A stretch of DNA of 64,000 bases. It comes from Mustelus asterias. Lineage: Eukaryota. Location of the stretch: assembly GCF_964213995.1 (NCBI RefSeq), contig NC_135804.1, forward strand, positions 59,582,001-59,646,000. The letters are read 5' to 3'. Each line of letters opens with the position of its first letter. The first letter of the stretch is position 1. Positions 50,451 through 64,000 of this stretch are shown here, in pieces. A program made the position numbers and the translations under genes. The notes under the pieces are model-generated. The model did not search any database and was not told where the DNA came from. It saw only the letters and a program-made list of their open reading frames with translations.

Positions 50451-52862
50451 GAGCAGCCCCACACGATAAGGCTTCAATTAATATTTATTTGAAGCAAAAA
50501 AAAGAAATATTTTTCTCAAACTGCAGCTGAATTCAGAATGTTAAAATGAAAGAATTGCCACAAATTGTGAAGAATCACATGCTTTGGACAACACCAATGA
50601 CGTTTTTAAGTAAAATGCTTTCAACGTCTCTTCCAGTCGCTGTTCCCGAATGCTGATGAATTCATCGATTCGGATTCCCAACAAAGCACGGAAAATTTAA
50701 CACCTCAAAATCACTGCTGATAGTAATCCTACTTGGTCCACCTCGAAATGTGGATTGTTCACTTCAATGTAGGATCCGATTCTTTATTGTGGGATCTGAA
50801 GACGCTTCACACACTGGTCTACCTAAAAGTTTATTCCACATATCTTTCTCTGTGGAAAGAAAACGATCTCCGGATATTATTAATAAAATGATAATTTTCG
50901 TTTTGTTTTACCAATTATCTCTGCACTGGCACTCGCAGTTACACATGTCATACTATATTTGTAGGGAAATATCGTGCTTATATTACTGCAGCAATAGTTC
51001 AAAGATGTGGATTCGTAATGCCGAGCAAATGGGGTAAAACTTGCAATGGGATGGTGAGAGTTTGAATTCAGCTAATATATATAGATATAACATTTGATCA
51101 GTAAAAGATTTGTGATTTGAGTGATTAGCATAACATGTTAAGTATCCGTTTAATATACTTCGGAGCCGAAAACTCGACATATCGCGATCCATCTATATGT
51201 GACTCCAATCCTACAACAGTATGGTTAGCTCTTAACAGGCCTTTGAACTGGCCGTGCAAGCAGTTTACTTCTCTCCAACGAAAGATGGAGAATAAATATC
51301 TGCGTCAGTGTTTCCCACGTGCAAAGAATAAATAAAACAAAATTCTTTGGTTTAACGTTTTTTGCATTCTTAGCATTCTCGTGCATTTCCGAAAACAAAT
51401 CACTTCCTTTGCAGTTTAAGATTACAAACATATTCAGGGTGTCCACATAACTCAATACCCTGACAATGGGAAAGCAATCTCGTGGCTCTTTGAACTGTTT
51501 TTAGTAGATGAGACAAACATTTTTCACAATATTATTGGTCCACTTTACACATTGGTTCCCGCTTGTTTAATCTATATTCTAGTGTCTTGCCTTTGTGATT
51601 TAATATCCAGCGATCTTTCCCATTACTGCTCTTCACTGACTGCTTTGCAGCCAGAATCCGGAGTCTCTTTGAATTCTATCCTTTGATGTTATCAACATAA
51701 TCAACTGATAATTTTCTTCATGGTTGGAAAGGTCTACTGTTCTGTGCGTTGAATTCCCCCGTCATATAAATTCCTTGGAAAGCACAAGCATGGAAATTGA
51801 CTGAATATCATGATCATGAAATGTATTTAAATTGCATTAATCCGGTTAGCTATGAAAATGTAACAATACTGGACCGTGAGCTGGTAAATTCTTATAATTT
51901 TTTCAAGGAGAGGATTTAAATTTATATAAATGTTGTGGAAATGGATATTTTTCCTACGACTTATTTCACAAAAGGTCTTTATCTCTTTCATGTCCATTAA
52001 AATATTGTTTTGATAAGCATTTGGTACTTCTTGAGATGTAGGTGCAGGTGGTTAAAGAAATACTGAAAATTACATTGGTAGTGTCATCGACGCACAGCTC
52101 TGTACTAATTACATACAATTATCGGAGCGTTGCCTTTGCGAGTTGGCATTGCATGTCTATGATGTTGAAATTGCCTCGAATTGTGTTCTAATTGTAACAC
52201 TGTAGTTTAGTGAAAATCGACAGAATGAAATGTCAGTTACAATAGGCGCCCGAATTTCCGGAATTAACATTGACACATCAATATGTATATTAACTGTGGT
52301 TGATGCATTTTTTAGGTGATGAAGCATAACACACTTGTGAGAGCATTGAGAAGATGAACACGTTGTAGCGACGCGCCGCTTGTGTTTTTACTATATTAAC
52401 AATTGTTGCGAAATATGTACCGCATGGGCGGGTTTATGAAACTAAATAAAGAAAATGCTCATTAGCTCATCTCGCTGCGGTAGTGCTTTTTAAAATTTAG
52501 ATGTTAATGATTACAACATTAAAATGTACCTCGTGTTACCTATCAATATTATACTAGCGGTTCTGCTTACTTGCAGAAACATACAATGTTCGGATGAAAT
52601 TCTACACCATGTTTTCCATTGTAAACTTTTCTAACTCACGAACAAATGGAAGCTTCAGCCGGTTCGCTTTAAGACCCATTAATTTTCCTAATCTTCTAAT
52701 TTCTAATATTATGCTACATGTAGGAGTATGTTCTTAAATACATTTTTAGGTTGTTTGTTTATTTCTCTATACATATCTATCAGCACACATCTGCTAAACT
52801 CGTGACACTTGCCTTTGTGTAACGCACTGAAATGTTGTAATGATCAAATTATAGATAAGTAG

Positions 52863-52939
52863 CAATACAGTGCTTGGGCAACATTAGTTGGCATCGCATT
52901 AGTTGCGATGCCAACTAATGTTGCCCAAGCACTGTATTG
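52863..52939. repeat. Perfect 36-bp inverted repeat with 5-nt loop
   Basis: caatacagtgcttgggcaacattagttggcatcgca-ttagt-tgcgatgccaactaatgttgcccaagcactgtattg. Confidence 0.97.
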
Positions 52940-54074
52940 TGTGAAAAAATACCTGATGGGATGTGTTGCTGTTCAGCTTCATCCGCAGCGTTATCCTTGC
53001 ACAGGTTCGAAGGCAATTGTGATGTCATATTCGGGGAAGTTCCCTGAATATATTCATGGTCAAGAATCCCTTTCAGTCACAATTTAACGTGTATAAATCA
53101 CGATTCAAAGCGGCTGCCAATGTATCTATAATTCCCTGTTTCACACTCAGGTGTCTTGTATGGTTTGAAAGATTGCCCTTTTCTTTTAAGAACGCTCTGA
53201 AATTTGCTACGGTCGTGACAATGGACACGCTCGTGCTCACAAAGAGGGGCGAATACTGTTCAACACACACGCATGAGAACGAACCCGCAGAGTGGAGTGA
53301 AAAAATACACAGACGGCAAATGCGTTGACAGTATGCACGCCCAGTGAAAAGATATCTGTCCCAGAGAATTAAAATACGTACACTATGAGAAAGACGAGCA
53401 TATCAAAGATAATCGATAGACGTTTTGGAAAACAAAAATATGGCAACATTCATTCTTTCATTCTGTCTTAATTCATCGCGTACTCGCTGAATTTCTCACT
53501 CATCACTATCAGAAGCTATTTACTTCATGATTTTGCCGTCATGGCAAGCTATGCATTTCAGACCGCAGATGTAAACTTGTCAGGGAATGGACTGGGTACT
53601 GTTTATCCAATCCATCATTATTAGACCTAAATATCAGCACGTCGGCTGTATAGATGGCGTCATCCAAACTTACCGAGGTGTTCTAAATTTTAGAGATTCC
53701 ATTGACTGCTTAAATGCATATAGATAAAATGACATGTACAGAACGCATACTTTTCAAACAATAGGAGCAACGTAGTATGGAGACTGCAGCATATCCAACT
53801 GTAAGGCGATGGCCTACGCAGCTGAGATGCAGAGAGCCTTCTACTCGCAGGACTTATTGTCCCGCCTGCCTACTAAGCCAGAAACCAAAGCAGCATCTGC
53901 ATCAACTTGTAATCACAGAGTTAGATACAGGCAGTTGTACATTCGCAATATCCTCTACTTCTGTCAAATAAACCTGCATCCTGGTGAAACTGGTTCTACG
54001 TTTTGCAAAGAAAAGTTGTATTCAGCTTTATTTCACAGATATGCAGGATCAACCGCGCATCATAGAAACACGCT

Positions 54075-54392
54075 GATAGAATCATAGAATTTCTCCAGTA
54101 CTGAAGACCATTCGGCCCGTTGAATCTGTACAGACTCAGCATTTTTCCAAGGCCATCCCCAATCCCCTGCCCTACCCCCATTATCCCACGCATTTATTAC
54201 GGCTCATCCACCTAACGCACATATCTTGAGACAATAAGGGGCAATATATACTGGCCAATCCATTTAATCCTCACATCACTGGACTGTGGGAGGAAAGTGG
54301 ATGCCCTGAAGAAACCCACAGAGACACGGGGGAACGTACAAACTCCACATAGTCCGGAATTGAACCCGGGTCCCTGGCGCTGTGAGGCAGCA
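54075..54392 (-). mobile_element. HE1/V-SINE, head interrupted by a CR1 insertion
   Basis: V-domain and head tgaacccgggtccctggcgctgtgaggcagca. Confidence 0.8.
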
Positions 54393-55670
54393 GAAACATA
54401 ACATAGAAACATAGAAAATAGAAGCAGGAGTAGGCCTTTCGACCCTTTGAGCCTGCTTCGCCATTCATTGTGATCATGGCTGATCATCAAACTCAATATC
54501 CTGATCCCAACGTTCCTCAATGTCCCTTGATCCTTTTAGCCCCATGAGCTATATCTAATTTATTCTTGAAATTACACAAAGTTTTGGCCTCAACTACTTA
54601 CTGTGGTAGTGAATTCCACACGTTCACCACACTGTGGATGAAGAAATTTCTCCTCACCTCAGTTTTAAATGGTTTACCCCTTATCCTCAAACTATGACCC
54701 TTATTTCTGGACTAACCCGCCATCGGGAACATTCTTTCTGAATGCACCCTGTCTGACCCATGATTGGGAACATTATTTCTGAACCTACCCTGTCTAATTC
54801 AGTTAGAGCCTTAAAATTTGTATGAGACCCCTTCTCACTTTTTAAAGCTCCAATGAACACACTCATAGCCGACTTAGTCTTTCCTCATACGACAGACCTG
54901 CCATCCCAGGGATCAGCCTGGTAAACCTTCGAAGCTCTCCCTTTATAGCAAGGGCATCGCTCCTCAGATAAAGACACTGGAACTGCACATATTACTCCAG
55001 ATGTGGCCTCACCACGCCCTATGCAATTGCAGTAATAAATCTCTCTTCACATACTCATATCCTCTCGCTATGAAGGCCAACATGCCATTTGACTTCTCTA
55101 TTGCCTTATGTACCTGCACGAGGACACCAAGGCCTCGTTAATTTCACACATTAAAGTAGTAATCGGTCTGCCTATTATGGCTACCAACGTGAACAATCTC
55201 ACATTTATCCACATTGCACTGCATCTGCCATGTATATACCCACATACTCAGCCTGTCCAAATCACGCGGAAGCATCTCTGCTTCTCAGCTCAACCTCCCA
55301 CCCAACTTTGCAACATCTACAAATTTGGAGATAATACATTTAGTGTCCTCTTCCAAATCAATAATCTATAATATGAAAGTTAGAGTCCGAGCCGAGATCC
55401 TTGCGGTGTCCCACTAGTCACTGCCTGTCAATCAAAAAAGATCCATTAATGCCAACGTTTTGCTTCCTCGCTGCTCACGTGCTTTCGATCTATCTCAGGA
55501 AATTACCTGCAATCCCATGCGCTTTAACTTGACATCGTAATCTGCTATTTGAGACGCTGTCGAAAGCCTACTGATATTCTAAATGAAACACATCCACTGA
55601 ATCTCCTCGGTGAACTCTACGAGCTACATCCTCGAAGAATGCCAATTTCCCCTTTGTAAAGCCATGCTGA
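54393..55670 (-). mobile_element. CR1 LINE ORF2 3' part
   Basis: aacatagaaacatagaaa tail; same family as 42370-44812. Confidence 0.85.
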
Positions 55671-55671
55671 T

Positions 55672-56350
55672 TTAGCTGTGCTCAGTGAGGGATAAATGAG
55701 GGACTGAAACATGGATTTCATGGAAAGATGATAGGAAATTGAAGGGGGAAACACGTTCATGGACTTTGGAGAGGCAAAGATGTTGGAAATAGGGTAGTGG
55801 TTGGCATGAATGAAGGGCGGAAGGATTGATCATTTGAGAAGACGGATTATGTCGGCAAATTGGCAGAAGTGTGTAATCGTATAGAGAAGAACTACCAACT
55901 GTATCAGTTACCATAGATAGCAGGAATGAGGGATTGCGTCATCACCAGTTCAGTGGGAATAGAGTCAAGGATGTAGGCGGTTGGCTTCATGATGAGTTCG
56001 AAGACGGCAAGTGGAGAAACTGGAAGGAAAGTGGAGAATAATGCGATTTTAGGGCTGAGGTGAAGGGTATGGCGGGGTGCGCATTCCTTAGAGGACAATG
56101 GGGAAATGGATGCGACGGAGGCAGCTGAGCAGATGTTTTCAAGTTTCGTAACTGAAAAGTCCATGCAATCCTCGGACTTATAGGAGATGGCGCGTGAGAG
56201 GAGATAAAGGTTTACGGAGGCGGTTTGAAGTAGAAGAAAGATGCCAGAGGTCAGTCAACATTGCTTTCTGGGTGATTCGCGAAAATTGAATAATTTTGGC
56301 ATACTGTAGCAGGACCCTGTGGTTCTTTATATGGCCCATAGTCATCAGCC
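55672..56350 (-). mobile_element. L2 LINE ORF2 fragment
   Basis: MKPTAYILDSIPTELV resembles the L2 PTxCxLDPIPTxLL motif. Confidence 0.7.
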
Positions 56351-59300
56351 GATCAATAAACAAACCCCAGTTTAATTATATTGCTGTAAATTAAGTTGAT
56401 AATTATTGCCCAGTCGCAATTAGAGGATATAAATAACCCACGTCCTTTAAAGTTAGTAAGAGTTTGATATGGGTGCAGCTGCGTGCGCCTGACCGTCTAA
56501 TTATATTGACGCCGTGCAGAGTTTGACAGTGTATCTAACGATGCCTATGCTTGCCACCTCAAAAACATAGTGTGTGTGTGGATGGAATCTAGAAAACGTT
56601 AATAAAGCAATTCAATACTTGAAACATAGTTCAGAGTTTTTATATGAATGGTGAATATTAACTAATAATAAACGAATTCAATTACTTAAAACACGCAGTT
56701 CAGAATTTTGTTTTTAATTATTTAGTAAACACAGTTGATCATTTCTGCCTCTGCTGCACATAATTCCGCGAGTGCAATACCATAGTGTTTGAACAAGAAG
56801 AGAACGCTTCCAAATACATTTGGAAGCGCAGAGAGCAGAAAGATTCAAAAGCTGAGAACAAGACGAAGGAACCACAAATGAGGAGAATCGAAGGTTCATG
56901 CAGCATTCGCTTACAACTATTTCACCTTGAATCTTGCGACATATTCATCCTCTAACATTAGATCATATAATCTTAACTGCTGGTTGAATTCTATATGGAA
57001 AATGAGCTTGATTCTATGCAAACGGCTGTAATATGAAGAGGGAGAGGGCTGTGGTTGCGTTTTCACGTCTATTCTTTTTTACAGGCTGTCAGGTAACTTG
57101 ATGGATGAATGGTGCCAGATGACGTTAATTTTTAAATAAATCTATTTGATAATTGTGCATACGATGCTTCTGAGTGTGCAAGCATTTCTGTTGTCTTACG
57201 TTTTACTGATATTAATAGAAGTGCCCCACAGACAGTTTTCCGTTCATAGAATGATAAATACGAGCTGCGTTAAAAGACCATTAAAAACAATACACACTTC
57301 TTGTATTTCTGCCTCCATCCACAGTCACGATATAAATTCCGAAGGTATGCTACATTATTAGTTTGCTCTCTTTCCTATCAGGTCATAAGCGTAGAATCGT
57401 CTTTCTGCTTCTGGCCGTTGAATTGCCCGGAAAAATGAACACAGGCCCTGTTTGGAATATTAAGAGCGAGATTTACCGATAACACGATCTGTATTTTCGC
57501 AACAATCAGCCGTTTAAACAAAATAAATCATCAATAACTTTATTAATGTATGTATGTAGTCTCTTTTCCGCAAGTTGATTGCATATTTTACGATGACTGC
57601 ACTCCACAGAGAATTAATTGTTTCTGATATGTTTTGGAATGTCCCGGGTGAGTGATTAGGGTATAATTTTAAAGCAACATCTTTATTATACTTTACGGTC
57701 GTAAGTCTTTGGACCAATACCCCTTTACTGTGGCAAATGTTTTGTAATCTGCAGTTGTGCAGTTTTTCAACTATCAAATTTCAAGTATTTAATATTATTT
57801 AGTGCTGAATGATATGTTTCAGTCAAGCCTTAGAGGGGACGCAAAAAGGTCTATCATTTTTCAACGCGACCCATTATCTCAACGCGTCAGCTTCCATCAA
57901 TATTTTGCCAGCGTCCTCTTCCTTCATTAAGACTAAGACACAATATTTATCCAGAGTTCTACCTGTTGCGTTAAACATATATCACATTCTTCGTTTCAAT
58001 AGATGACACCACTCCCACAACCAGATTGCTTCGGACATACTGGGAGTAGACCTTTGATTCCGTTTTATGCTAACTGCTATTCTATTCTCATGTTATGTAT
58101 TTTCCAGTCTTGATTTCCCCTTCCCGTCCCCTTTCAACTTATTGTATCTGCCCTGGTTCTTGTTTGAGTAATCCACCTGACATGCATCTTGCACTTGTTT
58201 TGTTTCAGCATAACGTCTCCCTTCCTAACACCCAGCAGCCTTGCTTAACATTGGACTGTCTTTGTCACTTGTTGAAATGTATCTGTCCTGGACCCGAAAT
58301 GTTTCTTCCTTAAAGATTCCCCTATTGTTTCCTGAATTAACTTGTGCTCAATTTTCATGTTGTAATATAGTACAAGCTAAATATAATCTCTTAATTAAAG
58401 CAGAGATAAATAAAACCACACATTTTGCACCCATGTTTCCCATCTCCTTAAAGACATTTCGGGTGGAGTACAATAAACCTTTTATATGGCTTTGACACAC
58501 AACGTGCGTTGGGGAGGTCAACCAAAAGACAATTTTTTCCCCTCACCAGAGGCCTACAACTTCAGGTCACTGATGAAAGATCAAGAATGGAAACTGTAAC
58601 TTTGTATCCGCCTCTTTGTTTCAAAGGAGTGTAAACCCAGTTGTCGCGTTCCACCACTGACTGATTGAAATTGAACAAAATCAAGAAATCCACATTGAAA
58701 TGTTGGTGACTGTATATTCTTGTCAGATTAACCCTTTATGAGGAGCCGTTGGACGTCTCCCAAGAGAGGAATGCTGTGTAAAAGCAAAGCATTTGTTTGT
58801 GTCACAGTATCACAGTAAAGTGCATTGCTTATCTGTTTTTTTCTGCAGACGGAATGACTCTGAGGAAGCGTACGAGGCTATTCAACCTTTCAGTTCGTTT
58901 CTGACGTTAACTTAAAGCTTGGCTGATCCATGCCTGAACCCCCAATTTACTCATTGTTGCGCCACATACCTTGAAATCTTTATCCAAGAAACATGTGTCC
59001 ATCTAAATTCTTGATTAGCTCAACGGGTTTCTGAGAGTTGCAAATATCCATTACAATTTGCGTGAAAATGAACATGTGCAATATTCATATTATAGTAGTT
59101 CTTATTAACTCTTAACTTGTATTTGCTCAAGTGATTTTTGTATTTACTATCTCACCCTCCACTAGGTTCATTTAGGCGTTTATTTTATAAATATGATTAG
59201 CATTCCACAATGCCATGTGCAAGGCGACAAAATATGGAGAGCTGTTTTTCAGCATTTAAGTGTGTACAGTTTTCTGGTGGTAAGTCATCAGCCTGACTAT

Positions 59301-59877
59301 TTCTCCCCTTACAAATTTCTCCCGGGTTGCACTACAGGTCCAGCATTTTGCTGTTTTCGTTTCCGATTTTCAGCATCATCTATGTTTCATTTCTTATATC
59401 ATGAGGTGGAATGTTTTGGGAGATAACTGACTGCAGCCGAAGTGCTGACGACTCAGGCGTCTGCTACAGATGGTAGAGTGCATTGTGAATGAGCTGTGGG
59501 GAGAGCAAGGGTGAAGAAGAGTATCATCATATATTGTGATGGGGTTGAATGTAACCAAGTGGAGTGGGATTTATTTCCGGTGGAAATTAATGCCCGGCAT
59601 AGATCATTAGGGATCAGTGTCAGTTTTATTTATGGCATGAATTATTTGTGGTTTTGTATGCTCCCCAAACGTTCGTTTAAAGGGATTATGTCGACGTAAG
59701 GGCAAGGTAAAACGAACTGGTCGTGTTGCAATCAACCTCAGCGTAAGTTATACCTGAATACTATGTGCCAACTTCTATATATAAAAGTTTTCACTTTGCA
59801 GACCTCTATAAGATACATTGCATTTCCCGACTTTACTCTGTATTTACGGCAGACTGATTTTTTTTTACAATTGCTCC

Positions 59878-60022
59878 AAATACAAAGTATTGCGGATGCT
59901 GGAAAGATAAAACGATTATCCGACATCTGAAGAATAATCACGACCTGAAACGTTGTCTCAGTTTCTCTTTTCATAGATGCGACCAGAGCCCCTTAACACT
60001 TCTACATTTTCCGTTCTTATTT
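59878..60022. mobile_element. Penelope-derived short repeat with degenerate hammerhead core
   Basis: ctgaaga...gaaacgtt followed by gtttctcttttcatagatgc; preceded by an inverted end attgcggatgctggaaa. Confidence 0.55.
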
Positions 60023-60894
60023 AATGTTATATTTGAAATGAACAGACACTCGTGAAAGTTCTCGGTGTTATTTGAACTTAAATTCTACTCGTATTCATTT
60101 GAGACTTTAACCATTTAGGCAACACGAGATAGTTTGGCGAATAAACTCAGGAAATCTTCACAAATTGCAGATTAATTCTTCCTAAAGACAGGGCGGGAAT
60201 TGGCTAGCGTACGAGGGCTTTTGCATTTCGGTTCAGACCCTGGGCACACACTAAATCTCCAGGCGGCATGTTGCGGGACCGTCCCGTCCATCGATGGGCG
60301 GTTGGAGCCCGGAAATAGGCGAGAGGCTGAATAATTTATCTAAATATACTTAAGTGCGAATTTACATTTTAGCGAGTCCGGCGCTCATATAAATGAGAAC
60401 AAGCACAAAGCCAGAACACGCCTGAAGCCAATTGAATATTAGCCTTGCCGCAATTAGGCCAGTTAGAATGCAATAACAATATTGCCCACCATATGAGTTG
60501 TGACTTGGAATAAGTTAAATGGCAGAAGCTTTCACTGAGCAAGTTGCACAGCAAGTGCCGCTGCACTGAGGTAAACAGAAATTACAGTGAAAGAAATGTT
60601 AAATTAAATTGATCTCCGACCCAACAGTAGAAGTCTAGCATGGATCACTGACTTTTGATGGAGAGAGGGGTGATAAAATAAATGGGGGAGGGGAAAATTA
60701 AAAGGGATCAGTTCCGAAAAATGTAACAATATTTTTCTGTTGACGCCATTGTTTTCAGTGCACATGGATGGATACCCAGTTTTGTCTTCTTTTAGCGGCA
60801 ACGTATCAGCTACACAGATAATATTTTGTTTTCTTCAGTCCATTGGTGGATATTCAGATGATAGATAATAATATATCGGCCGCCCAATCGTGAC

Positions 60895-63570
60895 AGGGAG
60901 GTGGAGGAGCAGATAGGGAAACAGACCCTGGAGAGTTGCAATAATAGCAGAGTTGTTGTTATGGGAGACTTTAATTTCCCAAACATAGATTGGAATATCC
61001 CTCGGGTAAGAGGATTGGATGGGGAGGAGTTCGTTCGGTGTGTTCAGGAGGGTTTGCTGACACAGCATGTGGACAAGCCTACAAGAGGAGAGGCTGTACT
61101 TGACCTGATACTGACCAATGAGCCTGGACAGGTGTCAGATCTCTCAGTGGGAGAGCATCTTGGGGATAGCGATCATAACTCTATCTCCTTTATGCTTGCA
61201 TTGGAAAACGAGAGGATCAGGCAAGATCCTCAGGCAAGATCAGGCAAGAAGCTATTGGATAGGCACATGGAGCACTTCGGGATGATAGGGAGGAAATAGC
61301 ATGATCTGGGTTTCAAACAAAGCTCGGCACAACATCGTGGGCCGAAGGGCCTGTTCTGTGCTGTACTGTTCTATGTTCTAAGATAGGAAAGCGTTTATAT
61401 GGAGTAAGGGGAAATATGAACACATGAGGCAGCAAATTAGAGGAGTAAATTGGAAGGAGGTATTCTCGGGAAAATCGACTGAAGAGAGGGGGCAATCTTT
61501 CAAGGAATGTCTGTCTAGGGTCCCACAGGACAATGTTCCGAGCAGACAGGGAGGATATGGTAGGTTAAAGGAAACGTGGTGCACGAAAGTTGTGCGGGAC
61601 CTGGTCGAGAACAAAAGGAAAGCGTTCAAAAGGTTCAGAGAGCCTGGTGAAGATACGGATCTGGATGAGTATATGGCTTGTAGGAAGGAATTAAAGAAGG
61701 AAATTAGGAGAGCCAGAAGGGGTCACGAGAAGGCCTTGGCAAGTAGAATTAAGGAAAACCCGAAGACGTTCTATAAACATGTGAAGAGTAAAAGGATGAG
61801 ACGTGAAGGAATAGGGCCTATAAAAGGTGAAGGTGGGAAAATCAGTACGGAACCAGTAGAAATGGCAAAAGTGCTTAATGAGTATTTTTGCCTCGGGTTT
61901 CACAGGAGAAGGACATGGGTGGGTGTACTGTGGGCTTGCGGGAGACTGAAACGATTGAGTATGTGGACTTTAACAAAGAGGTTGTGCTGGAATCTTTGAA
62001 TGGCATCAAGATAGATAAGTCGCCGGGTCCGGATGGGATGTACCCCAGGTTACTGTGGGAGACGAGGGAAGAGATTGCAGAGCCTCTGGCGATGATCTTT
62101 GCGTTGTCGATGGAGACGGGAGAGGTGCCGGAGGATTGGAGGATTGCGGATGTGGTTCCTATTTTCAAGAAGGGAAATAGGGATAGCCCAGGAAATTACT
62201 GACCGGTGAGTCTAACCTCAGTGGTTGGGAAGCTGATGGAGAAGATCCTGAGGGACAAGATTTATGAGCATTTGGAGAGGTTTAGTATGCTCAAGAATAC
62301 TCAGCATGGCTTTGTCAAAGGCAGATCGTACCTTACGAGCCTGGTGGAGTTCCTCGAAAATGTGACGAAACACATTGACGAAGGGAAAGCAGTAGATGTT
62401 GTTTATATGGATTTTAGCAAGGTGTTCGATAAGGTCCCCCATGCAAGGCTTCTAGAAAAAGTGAGAGGGCATGGGATGCAAGAGGCTGCTGCCCTGTGGA
62501 TCCAGAACTGGCTCGCCCAAAGGAGGCAGAGAGTGTGTAAAAATGGGTCTTTTTCTAAATGGACGTCGGTCACCAGTGGTGTGCCCCGGGGATCTGTTCT
62601 GGGACCCTTGCTGTTTGGCATTTCCATAAATGTCCTGGATGAGAAAGTGGAGGGATGGGTTGGTAAGTTTGCCAACGACACGAAGGTTGGTGGGGTTGTG
62701 GATAGTCTGGAGGGATGTCAGAAGTTACAGAGGGACATAGATAGGATGCAAGACTGGGCGAGAAGTGGCAGATGGGCTTCAACCCAGATAAATGCGTCGT
62801 GGTCCATTTTGGCAGGTCAAATGGGATGAAGGAGTACAATATTAAGGGAAAGACTCTTAGTACTGTGGAGGATCAGAAGGACCTTGGGGTCCGAGTCCAT
62901 AGGACTCTAAAATCGGCCCCGCAGGTGGAGGAGGTGGTTAAGAAGATGTATGGTGTGCTGGCCTTTATCAATCGAGGGATTGAGTTTAGGAGTCCGGGGA
63001 TAATGATGCAGCTATATAAGACCCTCGTCAGACCCACTTGGAGTACTGTGCCCAGTTCTGGTCGCCTCATTACAGGACGGATGTGGAAAAGATTGAAAGT
63101 GTGCAGAGGCGATTTACAAGGATGTTGCCTGGATTGAGGGCATGCCTTATGAGGAAAGGCTGAGGGGGCTCGGTCTTTTCTCCTTGGAGAGACGTAGGAT
63201 GAGAGGAGACCTAATAGAGGTATATAAGATGTTGAGAGGCATAGATCGGGTGGACTCTCAGAGGCTTTTTCCCAGGGTGGAAATGGCTGCTACGAGAGGA
63301 CACAGGTTTAAGGTGCTGGGGGGTAGGTACAGGGGAAATGTTAGGGGGAAGTTTTTCTCAAAGAGGGTGGTGGGCGAGTGGAATCGGTGCCGTCAGTGGT
63401 GGTGGAGGCAAACTCAATAGGTTCTTTTAAGTAACTCCTGGATGAGTACATGGGAATTAATAGGATGGAGGGTTATAGATAGGCCTAAAGGGTAGGGATA
63501 TGTTCGGCTCAACTTGTGGGGCCGAAGGGCCTGTTTTGTGCTGTAGTTTTCTATGTTTCTATGTTTCTAA
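60895..63570 (+). mobile_element. Young CR1 LINE ORF2 (APE-RT) with a nested CR1 3'-end insertion at ~61247-61380
   Basis: GDFNFPNIDW, DSDHN, YMDFSKVFDKVPH, GLFSLERRRMRGDL; (tttctatg)n tail. Confidence 0.95.
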
Positions 63571-64000
63571 TGCATTTGATCATCTGATCTTCTCTGCATC
63601 TGCGATCGGCTGAAGAATACTATTAGCTTCCGTCGATTTGAACAATGGCCAGAGTTTAGATAAAGTGACCATCTTGCTCTGTGTGACACATTAGTACATT
63701 GTGGGTACAATATACGCTTAGTGTTTCTCTCAGTGTCAAATATAACGTGCTGCAGTTGGTCACAGTATCAACAAGCACAGTTCTTCCTAATTTACGGTGA
63801 AAGACTCTACTGGTAAAAAAAAAGCCGAAGGATCTGAGAAAAAATTTCGTCACATAATTGTGCAAGGCGTATTTGTATAAAAATGCATGTTCCAAAACTG
63901 TGATTGGTTTAAGATGATTTTTCTTCGCAAAAGTGGTGGCCGCTCCATATTGGCTTAATTGCAGATGAATGCTCTTATAAATCTTCACATACCATGTGTC

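Overview
Vertebrate, very probably shark (elasmobranch), genomic DNA. The assignment rests on HE1/V-SINEs, DeuSINEs, abundant CR1 LINEs and Penelope-derived short repeats. Most of the window is decayed transposable elements: CR1, L2, Rex1/Babar, Tx1, Penelope, PIF/Harbinger, and a Gmr1-type Gypsy element with integrase upstream of RT. One convincing host gene is present on the + strand at about 47.0-49.9 kb. It is a non-rearranging, antigen-receptor-like IgSF receptor with four phase-1 exons: leader, germline-joined V-J domain (GNGTG), C1 domain, and a TM exon carrying an Arg; an octamer motif lies just upstream. Also present are a 5'-truncated histone H3.3 processed pseudogene, a perfect 36-bp inverted repeat downstream of the TM exon, a Penelope-derived foldback insertion with a hammerhead-ribozyme core and a 12-bp TSD, and two CpG-rich promoter-like islands, one followed by a candidate chain of spliced exons. 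All family names come from motif recognition by eye, not database searches, and repeat boundaries are approximate.
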